A program made the translations under genes and the position numbers. A model generated the notes under the pieces. It was not told the origin of the DNA, did not search any database, and saw only the letters and a program-made list of their open reading frames with translations. Positions 1 through 10,348 of a stretch of 64,000 nucleotides of DNA are shown here, in pieces; within the stretch, counting starts at the first letter, position 1, and every line of letters starts with the position of its first letter. Origin of the DNA: Candidatus Dormiibacterota bacterium (lineage in GTDB: Bacteria > Chloroflexota > Dormibacteria > Aeolococcales > Aeolococcaceae); assembly GCA_003132525.1 (NCBI GenBank), contig PKXZ01000076.1, forward strand, positions 1,167 to 65,166, in the 5' to 3' direction.

Positions 1-24
1 GGCCGTTCCCAGCGCCAGCAGCAG

Positions 25-300
25 GTGCTCCTTGCGCTTAGGGCCAAGGCGAAGCTGCTCGGCATCGCGGATCTGCCGGACATCGCGACGGCCATGGCCA
101 ACGACTTCTCGACCGACATGACCATCCCCGAGATCGCCTCGCTGCTGCCGATCGCGAGCAGCGTGCAACTGCAAAACGTGAAGCAGGTGATCCTCTCATC
201 GCCCTACACGTCGAATTTCGAAGTTGACAACGAGCAGGCGCTCCAGCCCAACTGGAACCTCATCCTTCCGGAAACGCACCTGTACTTCCCTGCAGTGTGA
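25..300 (+). CDS. LCP (LytR-CpsA-Psr) family protein, C-terminal LytR_C-like fragment; the 5' end lies outside the window
   Basis: The translated C-terminal segment (..LPDIATAMANDFSTDMTIPEIASL..) resembles the LytR_C region of the full LCP paralog at 2447..4063 (..LPDVINALGDNVLTDLTIGDAESL..). The ORF runs off the window start. Its stop overlaps the next GTG start (GTGA at 297-300). Confidence 0.5.
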   Translation: MLLALRAKAKLLGIADLPDIATAMANDFSTDMTIPEIASLLPIASSVQLQNVKQVILSSPYTSNFEVDNEQALQPNWNLILPETHLYFPAV

Positions 301-1376
301 GCCCGACCGTGAGACGCGCCCTGTCGGTGATCGTGCTGCTTGTGCTCATGGCCGGTTTCGGCTTTGGCGTGAACCGGTTTATCGCGTCCAAGAAACACAA
401 GATCCCGACCGAGGCGTCGGTCTTCATCCCCACCGCGACGCGCCCCAGGATCGTACTCCCGGGCACGCTGTACCTCGCCCAGAACGGTGACATCTACCGA
501 CTCAGCGATGGGTTCTTCACCGACCTGCACCTGTCGACGACAAGTGGTTCGTGGATGCAGCCCGCATACATCCCCAACTCCCAGGACATCGTCGCGGTGC
601 TGCGCGCCGCGGAGTACTCGAACCTCTACCTGTTGAGCAGCCAGGGGACGATCCTCCGCCAGCTCAGCAACAACGCATACCCGGCCCTCAACAAGGTCTA
701 TCTCAACCACTGGATGTTCTATCCGCACATGGGCGCGGACGGCAACACCATCTACTTCAGCTATGACCAGCCCAAGGATTCGGCGACCTACGCCGTCGAC
801 TTCTCGGTGTGGTCGGGCTTGCTCAACGGCAAGCTCGCCGGCAAGCAACTCAGCGTCGCCAACCCGTTCACCGGCGGCGATGTCGATCCGACACCGATGG
901 CCAACCGCTCCGTCATCTACTCCAAGTTCGCGATCGGGAGTGGCAATGCCTATTCGCAGATTGCGATCCAAGTCAAGGCGCAGGGGAAGCCTCTCATCCT
1001 GACGACGCCCGCCCAGGATTGCGGTCAGCCTTCCCCATCACCCGACGGCACGAAGATCGCGATGATCTGCATCGGAAACACGGGCCTGCAGAGCTCACGA
1101 CTCGAGGTCGCAACCCTCACCAATGGCAAGCTGGGGACGCCCGTGACGCTGGTCAACAACTGCCTCTGCGCCGACCCGGTGTGGTCGCCCGACGGAACCG
1201 GGCTCGTCTACTACAACACCGCCGACATCACCGGACATTTCGAGCTCTGGTGGATCAACGGTGCAGCGAGCGCCGCACCGTCGCCAACGATCCAGGTGAC
1301 CACGAACCTCGACTTCGACGCGACATCGCCGCCCAGCTGGTCGCCGCTGAGCAGCGTGCCCGTGATGTCGCGCTGA
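297..1376 (+). CDS. Membrane-anchored PD40/TolB-like beta-propeller protein
   Basis: N-terminal TM helix (VIVLLVLMAGFGFGV) followed by repeated PD40-type motifs (SPDGTKIAM, WSPDGTGLVYY). GTG start overlaps the upstream stop. Confidence 0.55.
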   Translation: MSPTVRRALSVIVLLVLMAGFGFGVNRFIASKKHKIPTEASVFIPTATRPRIVLPGTLYLAQNGDIYRLSDGFFTDLHLSTTSGSWMQPAYIPNSQDIVAVLRAAEYSNLYLLSSQGTILRQLSNNAYPALNKVYLNHWMFYPHMGADGNTIYFSYDQPKDSATYAVDFSVWSGLLNGKLAGKQLSVANPFTGGDVDPTPMANRSVIYSKFAIGSGNAYSQIAIQVKAQGKPLILTTPAQDCGQPSPSPDGTKIAMICIGNTGLQSSRLEVATLTNGKLGTPVTLVNNCLCADPVWSPDGTGLVYYNTADITGHFELWWINGAASAAPSPTIQVTTNLDFDATSPPSWSPLSSVPVMSR

Positions 1377-1383
1377 TCGCGAT

Positions 1384-2469
1384 CTAGTAGAAGACCTGGG
1401 CGAGCTCGTAGAGCTCTCGAGGCACCCGCCGCTGCTCGGCGACGACGTCGGCAATGCTGGCCACATCGACCGTTCCGTTGGTGACCACCGGCATCTCGCC
1501 GAACAGCCCTTCAACGACGAGGTCGTATGCCTTGGCTCCGACGCGCGTCGCCCAGATGCGGTCGTACGCGGTGGGCGAGCCTCCGCGCTGCACGTGTCCG
1601 AGCACGGTGGCACGGGTCTCGTGACCGGTCCGCTCCTCGATGATTCGAGCGAGATTCTCGCCGACGCCGCGTCGCGACAGCTGCACGTGCCCGAATGCGT
1701 CTCGCGTGCCTTCCGCCTCATCCTTCGATTGCAAGCCGGCCATCTCGACACCCTCGGCGACGACGAGGATGCTGAAGTCGCTGCCGGCCTTTCTGCGGAC
1801 CTCGAGGTGCGCGACCACCTCGTCGACCGTGACGCTGAACTCGGGGATGATGATCATGTCCGCGCCGCCCGCGAGACCACCCATCACCGCCACCCACCCG
1901 GTGTCGCGACCCATCACCTCGCACACCATCACGCGGTGATGCGACGTTGCCGTCGTGTGCAGGCGGTCGAGTGCCTCGGTCACGACGCTCACAGCGCTGT
2001 CGAAGCCGATGCAGTACTCGGTGATGCTGAGGTCGTTGTCCATGGTCTTGGGAACGCCGACCACACGCGCGTGTTGCTCAGCCAGGCGAGCCGCAACACT
2101 GAGCGTGTCATCCCCGCCAATGGCCACGAGCGCGTCCAGCTTGAGGCGGTCGATGTTGCGCAGGACTTCCTCGACACCGTGCTCGAGCTTCATCGGGTTG
2201 ACGCGCGAGCTGCCCAGCATGGTGCCGCCGAGTTGGAGGATGCCGGAGAGCCTCGAGCGCTCGAGGGTCATGACATCGCCGTCACCGATCATGCCGGCCC
2301 AGCCGTTGCGAATGCCGAACAGCGTGTCCCCTGCCGCGAGCGCGCGACGTCCGATCGCACGGATGGCGGCATTGAGGCCTGGGGCGTCACCGCCGCCCGT
2401 CAGGATGGCAATTCTCTGTCCCACTCTTCCCCCGCTGTTCAGGAAGCTACTGGCCAACTCCAGGATCAC
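1384..2469 (-). CDS. pfkA: 6-phosphofructokinase (PfkA family; the GGDD and PKTMDND residues are PPi-type)
   Basis: Full-length PFK domain with GGGDAPGLNAAIRA, GGDDT and PKTMDNDL motifs. Confidence 0.88.
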   Translation of the reverse strand: MILELASSFLNSGGRVGQRIAILTGGGDAPGLNAAIRAIGRRALAAGDTLFGIRNGWAGMIGDGDVMTLERSRLSGILQLGGTMLGSSRVNPMKLEHGVEEVLRNIDRLKLDALVAIGGDDTLSVAARLAEQHARVVGVPKTMDNDLSITEYCIGFDSAVSVVTEALDRLHTTATSHHRVMVCEVMGRDTGWVAVMGGLAGGADMIIIPEFSVTVDEVVAHLEVRRKAGSDFSILVVAEGVEMAGLQSKDEAEGTRDAFGHVQLSRRGVGENLARIIEERTGHETRATVLGHVQRGGSPTAYDRIWATRVGAKAYDLVVEGLFGEMPVVTNGTVDVASIADVVAEQRRVPRELYELAQVFY

Positions 2470-4063
2470 CGAGGAACGCCTGCTCCTCGGCGCTGCCGAG
2501 TATGACGGTCACGTCGCCAGCAACGGCGGTCGCGGGGGTCGCCGGCGCGGTGGTCACCGGTGCCGTGGGCGCCGGTTCGGTGGTGACGCTGACGCCGAAG
2601 AACGTGGCCAGCCATTGCGCGGCGGCGAAGTCCTTGCCACCACTGTTGTCGATCACCTGGGTGACGGTCTGAGTCGACGCTCGGCCCCCCGCCTTGGTCG
2701 CGAACCCCACCATGTGCATGACCGACGCCCAGCGGGTGGTGGCGTTGTCGTTGCGTCCGCTCGCGTTGACAAACGTCACCTGCGCGCCGTCGGCGAGCGC
2801 CGCCGGCGTCGGAAAGACGTTCTGGACGAAGTGCTGGAGCGAGACGTAGCTTCGGTCGTTCGTGTAGAGGTAGTAGCTCCCGCAATGCGTCGGATACCCG
2901 CAGTCGTACAGGAAGTTGGTGTCATCGAGACTGATGTGCTCGATGCTCGCCGGGTTGACGCCGTTCACCAGGCCATAGAGGGACTCAGCATCACCGATGG
3001 TCAGATCGGTGAGCACATTGTCGCCGAGCGCGTTGATGACATCCGGGAGCTTGCCGAATCCGCCGATGCTCTCGATCTGGTCCTTGAGGGCGACGACGAT
3101 CTGCTGCTGGCGAACGCTGCGCGCGAAGTCCGATCCCTGCCCGTCGTTCCCATGCCGTGAGCGCGCGTAGATGAGCGCCGTCGCGCCGTTCATGTGCTGC
3201 ATGCCCGCGTTGAAATGCACGGTCTCGTACCGGCAGTTGCCCTCGTCGCACTCGCCGGCCGGATACTGGTTATCCGTGAAGCCGGTCGGGACATCGAGGT
3301 TGATCCCGCCCACGGCGTCGACGGCCTGCTTGAACGCGTCGAAGTCGACCCCCACGAAATAGTTGATGCCGATGCCAAGGATGTGGGCGAGCACCGGATC
3401 CGCGACCGCGGCGCCGGCGTCCACAGCGCTCGCGGGCTCCGGTCCCTCACCAAGCATTCCGGCTGCGTACGCGAAGTTGATTCGCTGCTGAGTCGACTTG
3501 CCATTTTTCAGCGGGATGGTCACGAACCAGTCGCGCGGGACCGAGATCTCCGCGATCTGTGGTGGACGGCCCTGAAGCGGCTGGATCGAGATGACCATGA
3601 TCGAGTCGCTGAGAAATGCGCCGTCATGCCCATCGCCGCCGTACCCGTAGAGGACGATGTTGATCCGCTGATTGCGCAGCCGTTCCTGGTCTATGGCCGA
3701 GCCGCCGCCGCCCTGCAGCGCGCCGACCGCCGCGCTGATCGGGTTGGTGTGGAACGTCTTGGCGAGCGCGAGCGAGAGCCGCACACCATAGATACCGCCC
3801 GCGACGAGCAACAGCGAGAACATCACGATGACCGAGACCACGGCGCGCCTGCGTGTGATCCAGTTCGGAATGACGTTGTAGCGAGACCGGCGCCGCCTGC
3901 GAACGGATGATCTGCTGATTGTTGCCATGGTTGAGGTATCGCTCTCGACTTTCTGAGGGGTGAAGTGACCGCCGCATGCATCGTGCGGGGCCGGCGCGCC
4001 ACAGTGGGCTCCCTCTAGGGGAAACGCTGATGTCAGCTTCCGGTTACCCGCTGCCCGGGACAA
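2447..4063 (-). CDS. LCP (LytR-CpsA-Psr) family cell-envelope glycopolymer transferase
   Basis: Arg-rich cytoplasmic N-terminus and one TM helix, an LCP catalytic core (..VPRDWFVTIPLKNGKSTQQRINFAYAAG..), and a C-terminal LytR_C-like domain. Confidence 0.8.
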   Translation of the reverse strand: MSRAAGNRKLTSAFPLEGAHCGAPAPHDACGGHFTPQKVESDTSTMATISRSSVRRRRRSRYNVIPNWITRRRAVVSVIVMFSLLLVAGGIYGVRLSLALAKTFHTNPISAAVGALQGGGGSAIDQERLRNQRINIVLYGYGGDGHDGAFLSDSIMVISIQPLQGRPPQIAEISVPRDWFVTIPLKNGKSTQQRINFAYAAGMLGEGPEPASAVDAGAAVADPVLAHILGIGINYFVGVDFDAFKQAVDAVGGINLDVPTGFTDNQYPAGECDEGNCRYETVHFNAGMQHMNGATALIYARSRHGNDGQGSDFARSVRQQQIVVALKDQIESIGGFGKLPDVINALGDNVLTDLTIGDAESLYGLVNGVNPASIEHISLDDTNFLYDCGYPTHCGSYYLYTNDRSYVSLQHFVQNVFPTPAALADGAQVTFVNASGRNDNATTRWASVMHMVGFATKAGGRASTQTVTQVIDNSGGKDFAAAQWLATFFGVSVTTEPAPTAPVTTAPATPATAVAGDVTVILGSAEEQAFLGDPGVGQ

Positions 4064-4127
4064 GGGTACCCCAGGGTCCGCTCGTCAGGAGCCGATCTGG
4101 CATGATCTGCGGCCAGACGCGGGGGAC

Positions 4128-4133
4128 GGAGGA
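4128..4133 (+). promoter_or_regulatory. Shine-Dalgarno (GGAGGA), 5 nt upstream of the GTG start at 4139
   Basis: Seen directly in the sequence: ggaggaatgagGTG. Confidence 0.5.
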
Positions 4134-4138
4134 ATGAG

Positions 4139-5104
4139 GTGCGCGCGCAGCAGGTTCAGGGCCTCGAGGGCCCATCAGGGCTTCATCTGGTCGACGTTGA
4201 CGAGCCGGACGATTCGGCTCGAGTGGTCATCGAAGTCGCCGCAGCGGGCGTGAGCTTCCCCGATCTGCTGCTGACGCGTGGCGAATATCAGATGAAGCCG
4301 CCGCTGCCCTTCGTGCCCGGCGTTGAGGTGGCCGGTCGTGTCCGCTCCGCGCCCGAGGGATCAGGATTCAGGCCCGGCGACCGGGTGATGGCCTTCACGA
4401 TGCTCGGTGGTTTCGCCGACGTGGCGCTCGCGGAACCAGCCCTGACCCTCGCGATTCCCGCGGGTCTGACATTCGAGGCCGCTTCGGGGTTCGTCATGAA
4501 CTACCACACCGCGTTCTTCGCCCTCGCCCGCAGGGGACGGATCCGGCCCGGCGACCGGGTCGCGATCCACGGCGCCGCGGGCGGCGTTGGGACTGCCGCC
4601 GTGCAGGTTGCGCGTGGGCTCGGTGCCGAGGTGATCGCGATCGCGGCGGGCCCCGACAAGATGCACATCGCGGAGCGCGCGGGTGCGCACAAGGTTCTCG
4701 ACGCCGAGGGCGACTGGGTTGCGGCGCTCCGGGCCCAGAACGATGGTCTTGGGGTCGACGCCATCCTCGACCCAGTTGGTGGAGAACGGTTCGACCAGAG
4801 CGTTCGGTGCCTCGCACCCGAGGGCCGCTTGATCGTCGTGGGCTTCACCGAGGGGCGAATCCCGAGCGTCCAGGTGAACCGGGTCCTGCTCCGGAACATC
4901 GACATCGTCGGCGCTGCCTGGGGTGCATTCCTTGGCGTCGAGCCCTCGCTGTTCGTCAAGACACAGCACGAACTCGACGCGATGATCGAGGCCGGCGTCG
5001 TCTCGCCGATCGTCGGTGCGACATACCCGCTCGAGGAGGCGCCTGCCGCGCTCAACCTCCTCGGTCAGCGGCAAGCGCGAGGCAAGGTCGTCCTCACGAT
5101 GTAG
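4139..5104 (+). CDS. NADPH:quinone oxidoreductase / zinc-binding alcohol dehydrogenase (MDR) family protein
   Basis: MDR fold with the AAGGVG Rossmann motif and Qor-like organisation. Diverges from the LCP gene. Confidence 0.8.
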   Translation: MRAQQVQGLEGPSGLHLVDVDEPDDSARVVIEVAAAGVSFPDLLLTRGEYQMKPPLPFVPGVEVAGRVRSAPEGSGFRPGDRVMAFTMLGGFADVALAEPALTLAIPAGLTFEAASGFVMNYHTAFFALARRGRIRPGDRVAIHGAAGGVGTAAVQVARGLGAEVIAIAAGPDKMHIAERAGAHKVLDAEGDWVAALRAQNDGLGVDAILDPVGGERFDQSVRCLAPEGRLIVVGFTEGRIPSVQVNRVLLRNIDIVGAAWGAFLGVEPSLFVKTQHELDAMIEAGVVSPIVGATYPLEEAPAALNLLGQRQARGKVVLTM

Positions 5105-5137
5105 GCCAAATGCCTGCAGAATGCGTCGAGGTACGTT

Positions 5138-5671
5138 GTGGGCATATCCGGCACGCCGTCCGCCTACCGCGTTCTCCTTGCGCTTGCGACCGTCGTGGTT
5201 GCTGTCGGCGCGGTGTCGCTGGTCGTCACGGGCGCAGGTCACATGGCACCGAAGCCCAGGCCGAGCGCGTCTTCCGGACCGACGCCTGTCCCGTTGGACT
5301 GCGCGTCCGATCAGCTGCAGTTGGACGGTGCCTACAACGAATGTGCCTCGATTGACCCGGCCACCCGTTCCTGTGACGTGACGATGGTGGGATTGGATGA
5401 CATATTCCGCCTGACCACCTCCGGTCACCACGACCTGTTGTACGTCAACATCCAGCAGCTCACGGGACCCGGTGACTACCAGCTCACGGAGGGGGCTTTG
5501 CAGGTCGACTTCTATGACGACACCGGTGCCGAGTGGAGTTCCGTCGCGGGCAGTCTGACGGTGATTGCTCAAGACAGTCGGTCGGGAACGGTGCACGCGA
5601 TCCTCGAACCCTGGGTCGGCAACACCTCGGCCCTGCCACTCAGCGTCAGCGGCCCGTGGAGCTGTGGGTGA
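5138..5671 (+). CDS. Hypothetical membrane-anchored, secreted-domain protein
   Basis: N-terminal hydrophobic helix (LLALATVVVAVGAVSLVV) followed by a Cys-containing extracytoplasmic domain. I recognise no family. Confidence 0.4.
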   Translation: MGISGTPSAYRVLLALATVVVAVGAVSLVVTGAGHMAPKPRPSASSGPTPVPLDCASDQLQLDGAYNECASIDPATRSCDVTMVGLDDIFRLTTSGHHDLLYVNIQQLTGPGDYQLTEGALQVDFYDDTGAEWSSVAGSLTVIAQDSRSGTVHAILEPWVGNTSALPLSVSGPWSCG

Positions 5672-5677
5672 CCAGCG

Positions 5678-6826
5678 CTAGTTGCGCAGCAGGTCCCTGG
5701 CGATCACGACACGCTGAATCTGGCTCGTGCCCTCGTAGATCTGGGTGATCTTCGCGTCGCGCATCATGCGTTCGACCGGGTACTCGTTCACGTAGCCGTA
5801 GCCACCGAGGATCTGCACGGCATCGGTGGTGACTTTCATCGCCGTGTCCGCGGCGAGCAATTTCGCGATCGCGGCGAAATGGCCCACATCCGGGCTCTTG
5901 TCGTCGATGAGCTGCGAGGCCCAGTACACCATCGCCCGTGCGGCGGCGGTCTGTGCCTCCATGTCGGCGACCATGAACTGGATTCCCTGGAACTCCGCGA
6001 TCGCCTTGCCGAATTGCTTGCGCTCCTTGGCATATCCGACCGCGTAGTCGAGAGCCCCTTGCGCAATCCCGAGCGCCTGCGCGGCCACTCCGGGGCGCGA
6101 TCTGTCGAGAACTTTCATGGCGATGCGGAAGCCGTCACCTTCCTCGCCGATTCGATTCGCGGCGGAGATGACCACCTCGTCGAAGTGGAGCTCGGCGGTG
6201 TTGCTGCCGCGGATGCCGAGCTTGCCGTGGATCGTGTTCGCGGTGAATCCCTTGAGATGCTGCGCATCCTCGAGCACGAAGGCGCTGACACCTTTCGCCC
6301 GCTCGTTGGGATCAGTCTTGGCGAAGACGGTGATCGTGTCCGCGACACCACCCGCGGTGATCCAGATCTTACTGCCGGTGATCACGTACTCGTCGCCGTG
6401 ACGTTCGGCCCGCGTCTGCATCCCGGCCGGGTCGCTGCCGGCGCCGGGTTCGCTGAGCGCGTACGCGCTGAGCTTGGCTCCACTGGCAAGGTCCGGGAGC
6501 AGCCGCGCCTTCTGCTCGTCGGTCCCCGCGATCATCAGAGGATATCCGCCGAGGGCCTGGACCGCGAGGATCAACGCGCTCGTTGCGCAGACCTTGGCCA
6601 CCTCCTCGATGGCGACGTTGAGCGTCAGTGCGCTGCCGGACAGACCGCCGTACTCGGGCGGAAACGGCAACGCGAAAAGATCGTGCTTGCGGAACAGATC
6701 GACCACGTCCCACGGGAACTCGCCGCTGCGGTCGATGTCCGCGGCGCGTGGCGCGATACGCTCGCGAGCGATATCTCGCACCGTGTCGCGAATCATGGTC
6801 TGCTCTTCGTTGAGGCGGATGTCCAT
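5678..6826 (-). CDS. Acyl-CoA dehydrogenase
   Basis: ACAD N-terminal, middle and C-terminal domains with a catalytic YEGTSQIQR tail. The start is taken at the internal ATG (MDIRLNEEQ..); the 414-aa listed ORF extends upstream. Confidence 0.85.
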   Translation of the reverse strand: MDIRLNEEQTMIRDTVRDIARERIAPRAADIDRSGEFPWDVVDLFRKHDLFALPFPPEYGGLSGSALTLNVAIEEVAKVCATSALILAVQALGGYPLMIAGTDEQKARLLPDLASGAKLSAYALSEPGAGSDPAGMQTRAERHGDEYVITGSKIWITAGGVADTITVFAKTDPNERAKGVSAFVLEDAQHLKGFTANTIHGKLGIRGSNTAELHFDEVVISAANRIGEEGDGFRIAMKVLDRSRPGVAAQALGIAQGALDYAVGYAKERKQFGKAIAEFQGIQFMVADMEAQTAAARAMVYWASQLIDDKSPDVGHFAAIAKLLAADTAMKVTTDAVQILGGYGYVNEYPVERMMRDAKITQIYEGTSQIQRVVIARDLLRN

Positions 6827-6852
6827 GCGGCTGATGCTACCAAGCCACCGAG

Positions 6853-7971
6853 TCAGTCGTTGAACAGGTGGCGAGCGATCACCACTCGCTGGATCTGATT
6901 GGTGCCCTCGTAGATCTGGCACGCCTTCGCGTCGCGGAGGCGCACCGCCGCCGGGTGATCCTCCGCTGCGGAATCAGGAGCACAGAGGTCGACTGCCGCT
7001 TGCGAGACCGCGACACACGTGTCGGTGGAGTACAGCTTCGCGATCGCCGCGTCGAGCGTCACGCGCCGCCCGGCGTCGACCAGTGCCGCCGCATACCGAG
7101 TCAGGTGACGTGCGGCGCTCGTGCGGACCTCCATGTCCGCAAGTGCCGTGACATCGACGTCCAGGTCCGCGGCGCGGCGGCGACGCGAGGAGGCGAGCGC
7201 AGCATCGAGCGATCCCTGGGCGATGCCCACCGCCTGCGCCGAGATGCCAACCCGGCCACTGTCAAGCGCCGACATGGCGACCGTGAAGCCGACACCCTCA
7301 TCGCCGAGGCGGTTGCTCGCGGGGACGCGCACCTTATCGAGTATCAGCTCGCCCGTCCATGAACCGTGCAGCCCCATCTTTGCCAGCGGTGTGCCGGTGC
7401 GCACACCCGGCCACGCCGATTCCACCAGGAACGCGCTGATGCCGTGCGCGCCCTCGCCGGTGCGCGCCATGACGATGTAGAGATCGGCATCGCCGGCGCT
7501 CGTGATGAAGGCCTTGGCGCCGTCGAGCACGTAGGAGTCACCGTCGCGGACGGCCCGCGTTTGCATCGAGACGGCGTCACTCCCTCCGGCCGCCTCGGTC
7601 AACGCGAAGGCCCCGAGCCACTCGCCGCGTGCGAGCTTGCGCAGATAGCGCAACTTCTGGTCATCATTGCCAAAAACCAGGAGTGGCTCGGTGCCGACCG
7701 AGAGATGCACGTCGAGAATCACCGCGCAGCTGGCATCGACACGCGCGACCGTCTCAATGAACTCGATGAAGTCCGCGTGCGTGCCGCCCGCGCCGCCATA
7801 CGCCTCGGGGGTGAGTATCCCGGCCAGGCCCGCTTCGCCCGCCGCCTCGACGACTCTCTTGGGGGAGGGACCGTCTCCGCGCGCCATTGCCGCAGCGATC
7901 GGCAAGATGGCGTCCTCCACGAACGCCCCGATGCGGCCACCGAGGGCTGCGTCGACGAGCTCAGTCGACAC
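6853..7971 (-). CDS. Acyl-CoA dehydrogenase
   Basis: ACAD fold (..GSDAVSMQTRAVRDGDSYVLDGAKAFITSAG.. and ..YEGTNQIQR..). Confidence 0.85.
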   Translation of the reverse strand: MSTELVDAALGGRIGAFVEDAILPIAAAMARGDGPSPKRVVEAAGEAGLAGILTPEAYGGAGGTHADFIEFIETVARVDASCAVILDVHLSVGTEPLLVFGNDDQKLRYLRKLARGEWLGAFALTEAAGGSDAVSMQTRAVRDGDSYVLDGAKAFITSAGDADLYIVMARTGEGAHGISAFLVESAWPGVRTGTPLAKMGLHGSWTGELILDKVRVPASNRLGDEGVGFTVAMSALDSGRVGISAQAVGIAQGSLDAALASSRRRRAADLDVDVTALADMEVRTSAARHLTRYAAALVDAGRRVTLDAAIAKLYSTDTCVAVSQAAVDLCAPDSAAEDHPAAVRLRDAKACQIYEGTNQIQRVVIARHLFND

Positions 7972-9142
7972 GGACGAGCGTTGCTTCGCCCTGCGCGATG
8001 CCGCTGCAGATGCCGGCGGCCCCGTATCCGCCGCCGCGACGGCGCAACTCGTAGAGGAGCGTCATGAGAATCCGCGCTCCGCTGGCGCCGATCGGATGGC
8101 CGATCGCGATGGCCCCGCCGTTGACGTTGACGCGATCGGGATCCACCTCGAGCATCCGCGTGCTCGTGATCGCGACTGCGGCAAAGGCCTCGTTGATCTC
8201 CACCAGTTCGAGTTTGCCGGCGTCGACCTCGCCGCGGGTTCGGGCGAGGGCGGCCTCGACCGCAAGCGCGGGTACGGTCGCCAGGTAGGGATGCTCGGCG
8301 GCGGATTCACCGTAGGTGAGCCAGGTGCCGAGCGGCGTGAGCCCTTCCGCACGCGCGCGTTCGGCGTTCATGAGCAATACGGCTGTGGCGCCGTCGTTCA
8401 TTCCCGGCGCGTTGCCGGCGGTGACGGTGGTCCCGTCGCCGAACGCACCGCGGAGCGCGGCGAGCTTCGCGAGCGTCGTGTCCGCGCGCGGCTGCTCGTC
8501 GCGTCCCACCGTTGACCCGTTGACCCTCACGGGCACGATCTCGTCCGCGAACCGTCCGGCGGCGAGCGCTTCTTGGTAGCGCATCTGCGAGCGGAACGCC
8601 CATGCATCCTGCTGCTCTCGGGTGACCCCGAGCTCGGATGCGACATCGCTGCCGTGCACACCCATGAGCACGCCGTCGACAGGGCAGCAGAGTCCGTCGC
8701 GCATCATGCTGTCGACTGCGACGCGGTCGCCGAAGCGACTGCCGAAGCGCTGATCCTCGAGCAGATATGGCGAGCGGGACATCGACTCCATCCCACCAGC
8801 CACGACCACGTCCGCCTCGCCGGAGCGGATGAGCAGCGCACCGAGGTTGACCGCCTTCAGCGCGCTCGCGCAGACCTTGTTGACGGTGAACGACGAGACG
8901 CTCGCGGGGAGACCCGCGCGCAACCCTGCCTGGCGCGACGGCACCTGTCCCTGGCCGGCCGCGAGCACCATGCCCATGATCAGCTGATCGACGGTGGCCG
9001 GGTCGGTGCCGGTCCGCTCGAGGACCTCGCGAATCACCCGTGCCCCAAGATCGACGGCAGGCACCGACGCGAGGCCACCGCCGAGCTTGCCGAAAGGCGT
9101 CCGCGCCGCCGCGACGATGACCGCCTCAGTCGCCACCGTCAC
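7961..9142 (-). CDS. Acetyl-CoA C-acetyltransferase (thiolase II)
   Basis: Thiolase N-terminal motif [11 protein letters not shown] and C-terminal [20 protein letters not shown]. Confidence 0.9.
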   Translation of the reverse strand: MTVATEAVIVAAARTPFGKLGGGLASVPAVDLGARVIREVLERTGTDPATVDQLIMGMVLAAGQGQVPSRQAGLRAGLPASVSSFTVNKVCASALKAVNLGALLIRSGEADVVVAGGMESMSRSPYLLEDQRFGSRFGDRVAVDSMMRDGLCCPVDGVLMGVHGSDVASELGVTREQQDAWAFRSQMRYQEALAAGRFADEIVPVRVNGSTVGRDEQPRADTTLAKLAALRGAFGDGTTVTAGNAPGMNDGATAVLLMNAERARAEGLTPLGTWLTYGESAAEHPYLATVPALAVEAALARTRGEVDAGKLELVEINEAFAAVAITSTRMLEVDPDRVNVNGGAIAIGHPIGASGARILMTLLYELRRRGGGYGAAGICSGIAQGEATLVRVD

Positions 9143-10304
9143 TCTCGAGCACCTCGAACGGCCGGAGCAGGTGGCGCGCGATCAGGATGCGCTGAACCTC
9201 ACTCGTCCCCTCCCCAATCTCATTGACCTTGACGTCGCGATACAGGCGCGCCACCGGTGACTCCTCCATGAAGCCCATGCCGCCGTGGATCTGTATCGCC
9301 TGATTCGCGCACGCGGTCGCCACCTCGGACGCGTGCAGCTTTGCCATCGATGCATAGGGTGCCGCACTTTTCCCCGCATCAATCGCGGCGGCGGCTCGCC
9401 AGGTCATCAGTCGAGCCAGTTCGATCTGCGTGCCCATGTCGGCCAGCTTGAACTGGGTGGCCTGAAACGTCGCGATCGGAACCCCGAACTGGCGTCGAGC
9501 CGACGAGTAGGCGAGCGACGCGTCGAGGCACGCCTGAGCGACGCCGACGGACAGTGCGGCGATGGCCACACGGCCGCCCTCGAGTATCTGCAGGAACTGG
9601 GTCAATCCCTGACCGGGCGTCCCGACGAGGTTGCCGAGCGGCACACGGCAGTCCTCGAAGATCAACTCCCGGGTATCGGATGCGTGCCACCCGAGCTTTC
9701 GGTATTTGGCAGCCTGCGAGTAACCGGGTGTTCCATGCTCCACGGCGATCGTGCTGATCTGCTTGTGACCGTTGTGCGAACCGGTGATGGCGGTGATGGT
9801 CACCCCCGCGCTGATGTCAGTCCCCGCATTGGTGATGAACGCCTTGCGGCCGTTGATGACCCATTCATCGCCATCGCGGACCGCGCGCGTCTGCGTGGCG
9901 GCGGCGTCAGATCCCGCGTCCGGCTCGGTGAGCCCAAACGCCCAGAGCCGGTCACCGGCCATGAGCGGCTCGAGCCAGCGCTCCTGCTGCTCTCGCGAGC
10001 CGAACTTCGCGATCGGCGAGATCCCGAGTGAGACGGCAGCCTCGAGCGTGATCGCGCAGCTGGCATCAGCGCGAGCGATCTCCTCCATGGCGAGGCAGTA
10101 CGAGATGAAATCGCCCCCGGCACCACCCATCTCCTCAGGGAATGGCAGCGCGAACAAGCCGAGCCTCGCCATCCCGGCGACGAGGGCATAGGGAAACTCT
10201 CCCGTCTCGTCGTAATGGGCGGCCGCCGGCGCGATCTCCGCCTGGGCGAAGTCGCGAACCACGTCGCGAATATGACGCTGCTCGTCGCTGAGATCGAAGT
10301 TCAC
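9126..10304 (-). CDS. Acyl-CoA dehydrogenase (short/branched-chain type)
   Basis: ACAD fold (..GLTEPDAGSDAAATQTRAVRDGDEWVINGRKAFITNAG.. and ..EIGEGTSEVQR..). Confidence 0.9.
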   Translation of the reverse strand: MNFDLSDEQRHIRDVVRDFAQAEIAPAAAHYDETGEFPYALVAGMARLGLFALPFPEEMGGAGGDFISYCLAMEEIARADASCAITLEAAVSLGISPIAKFGSREQQERWLEPLMAGDRLWAFGLTEPDAGSDAAATQTRAVRDGDEWVINGRKAFITNAGTDISAGVTITAITGSHNGHKQISTIAVEHGTPGYSQAAKYRKLGWHASDTRELIFEDCRVPLGNLVGTPGQGLTQFLQILEGGRVAIAALSVGVAQACLDASLAYSSARRQFGVPIATFQATQFKLADMGTQIELARLMTWRAAAAIDAGKSAAPYASMAKLHASEVATACANQAIQIHGGMGFMEESPVARLYRDVKVNEIGEGTSEVQRILIARHLLRPFEVLESDGGD

Positions 10305-10348
10305 TCGAACCTAACGGTAGCGCGGCGGGATGGGCTCGAGGCACGCTC

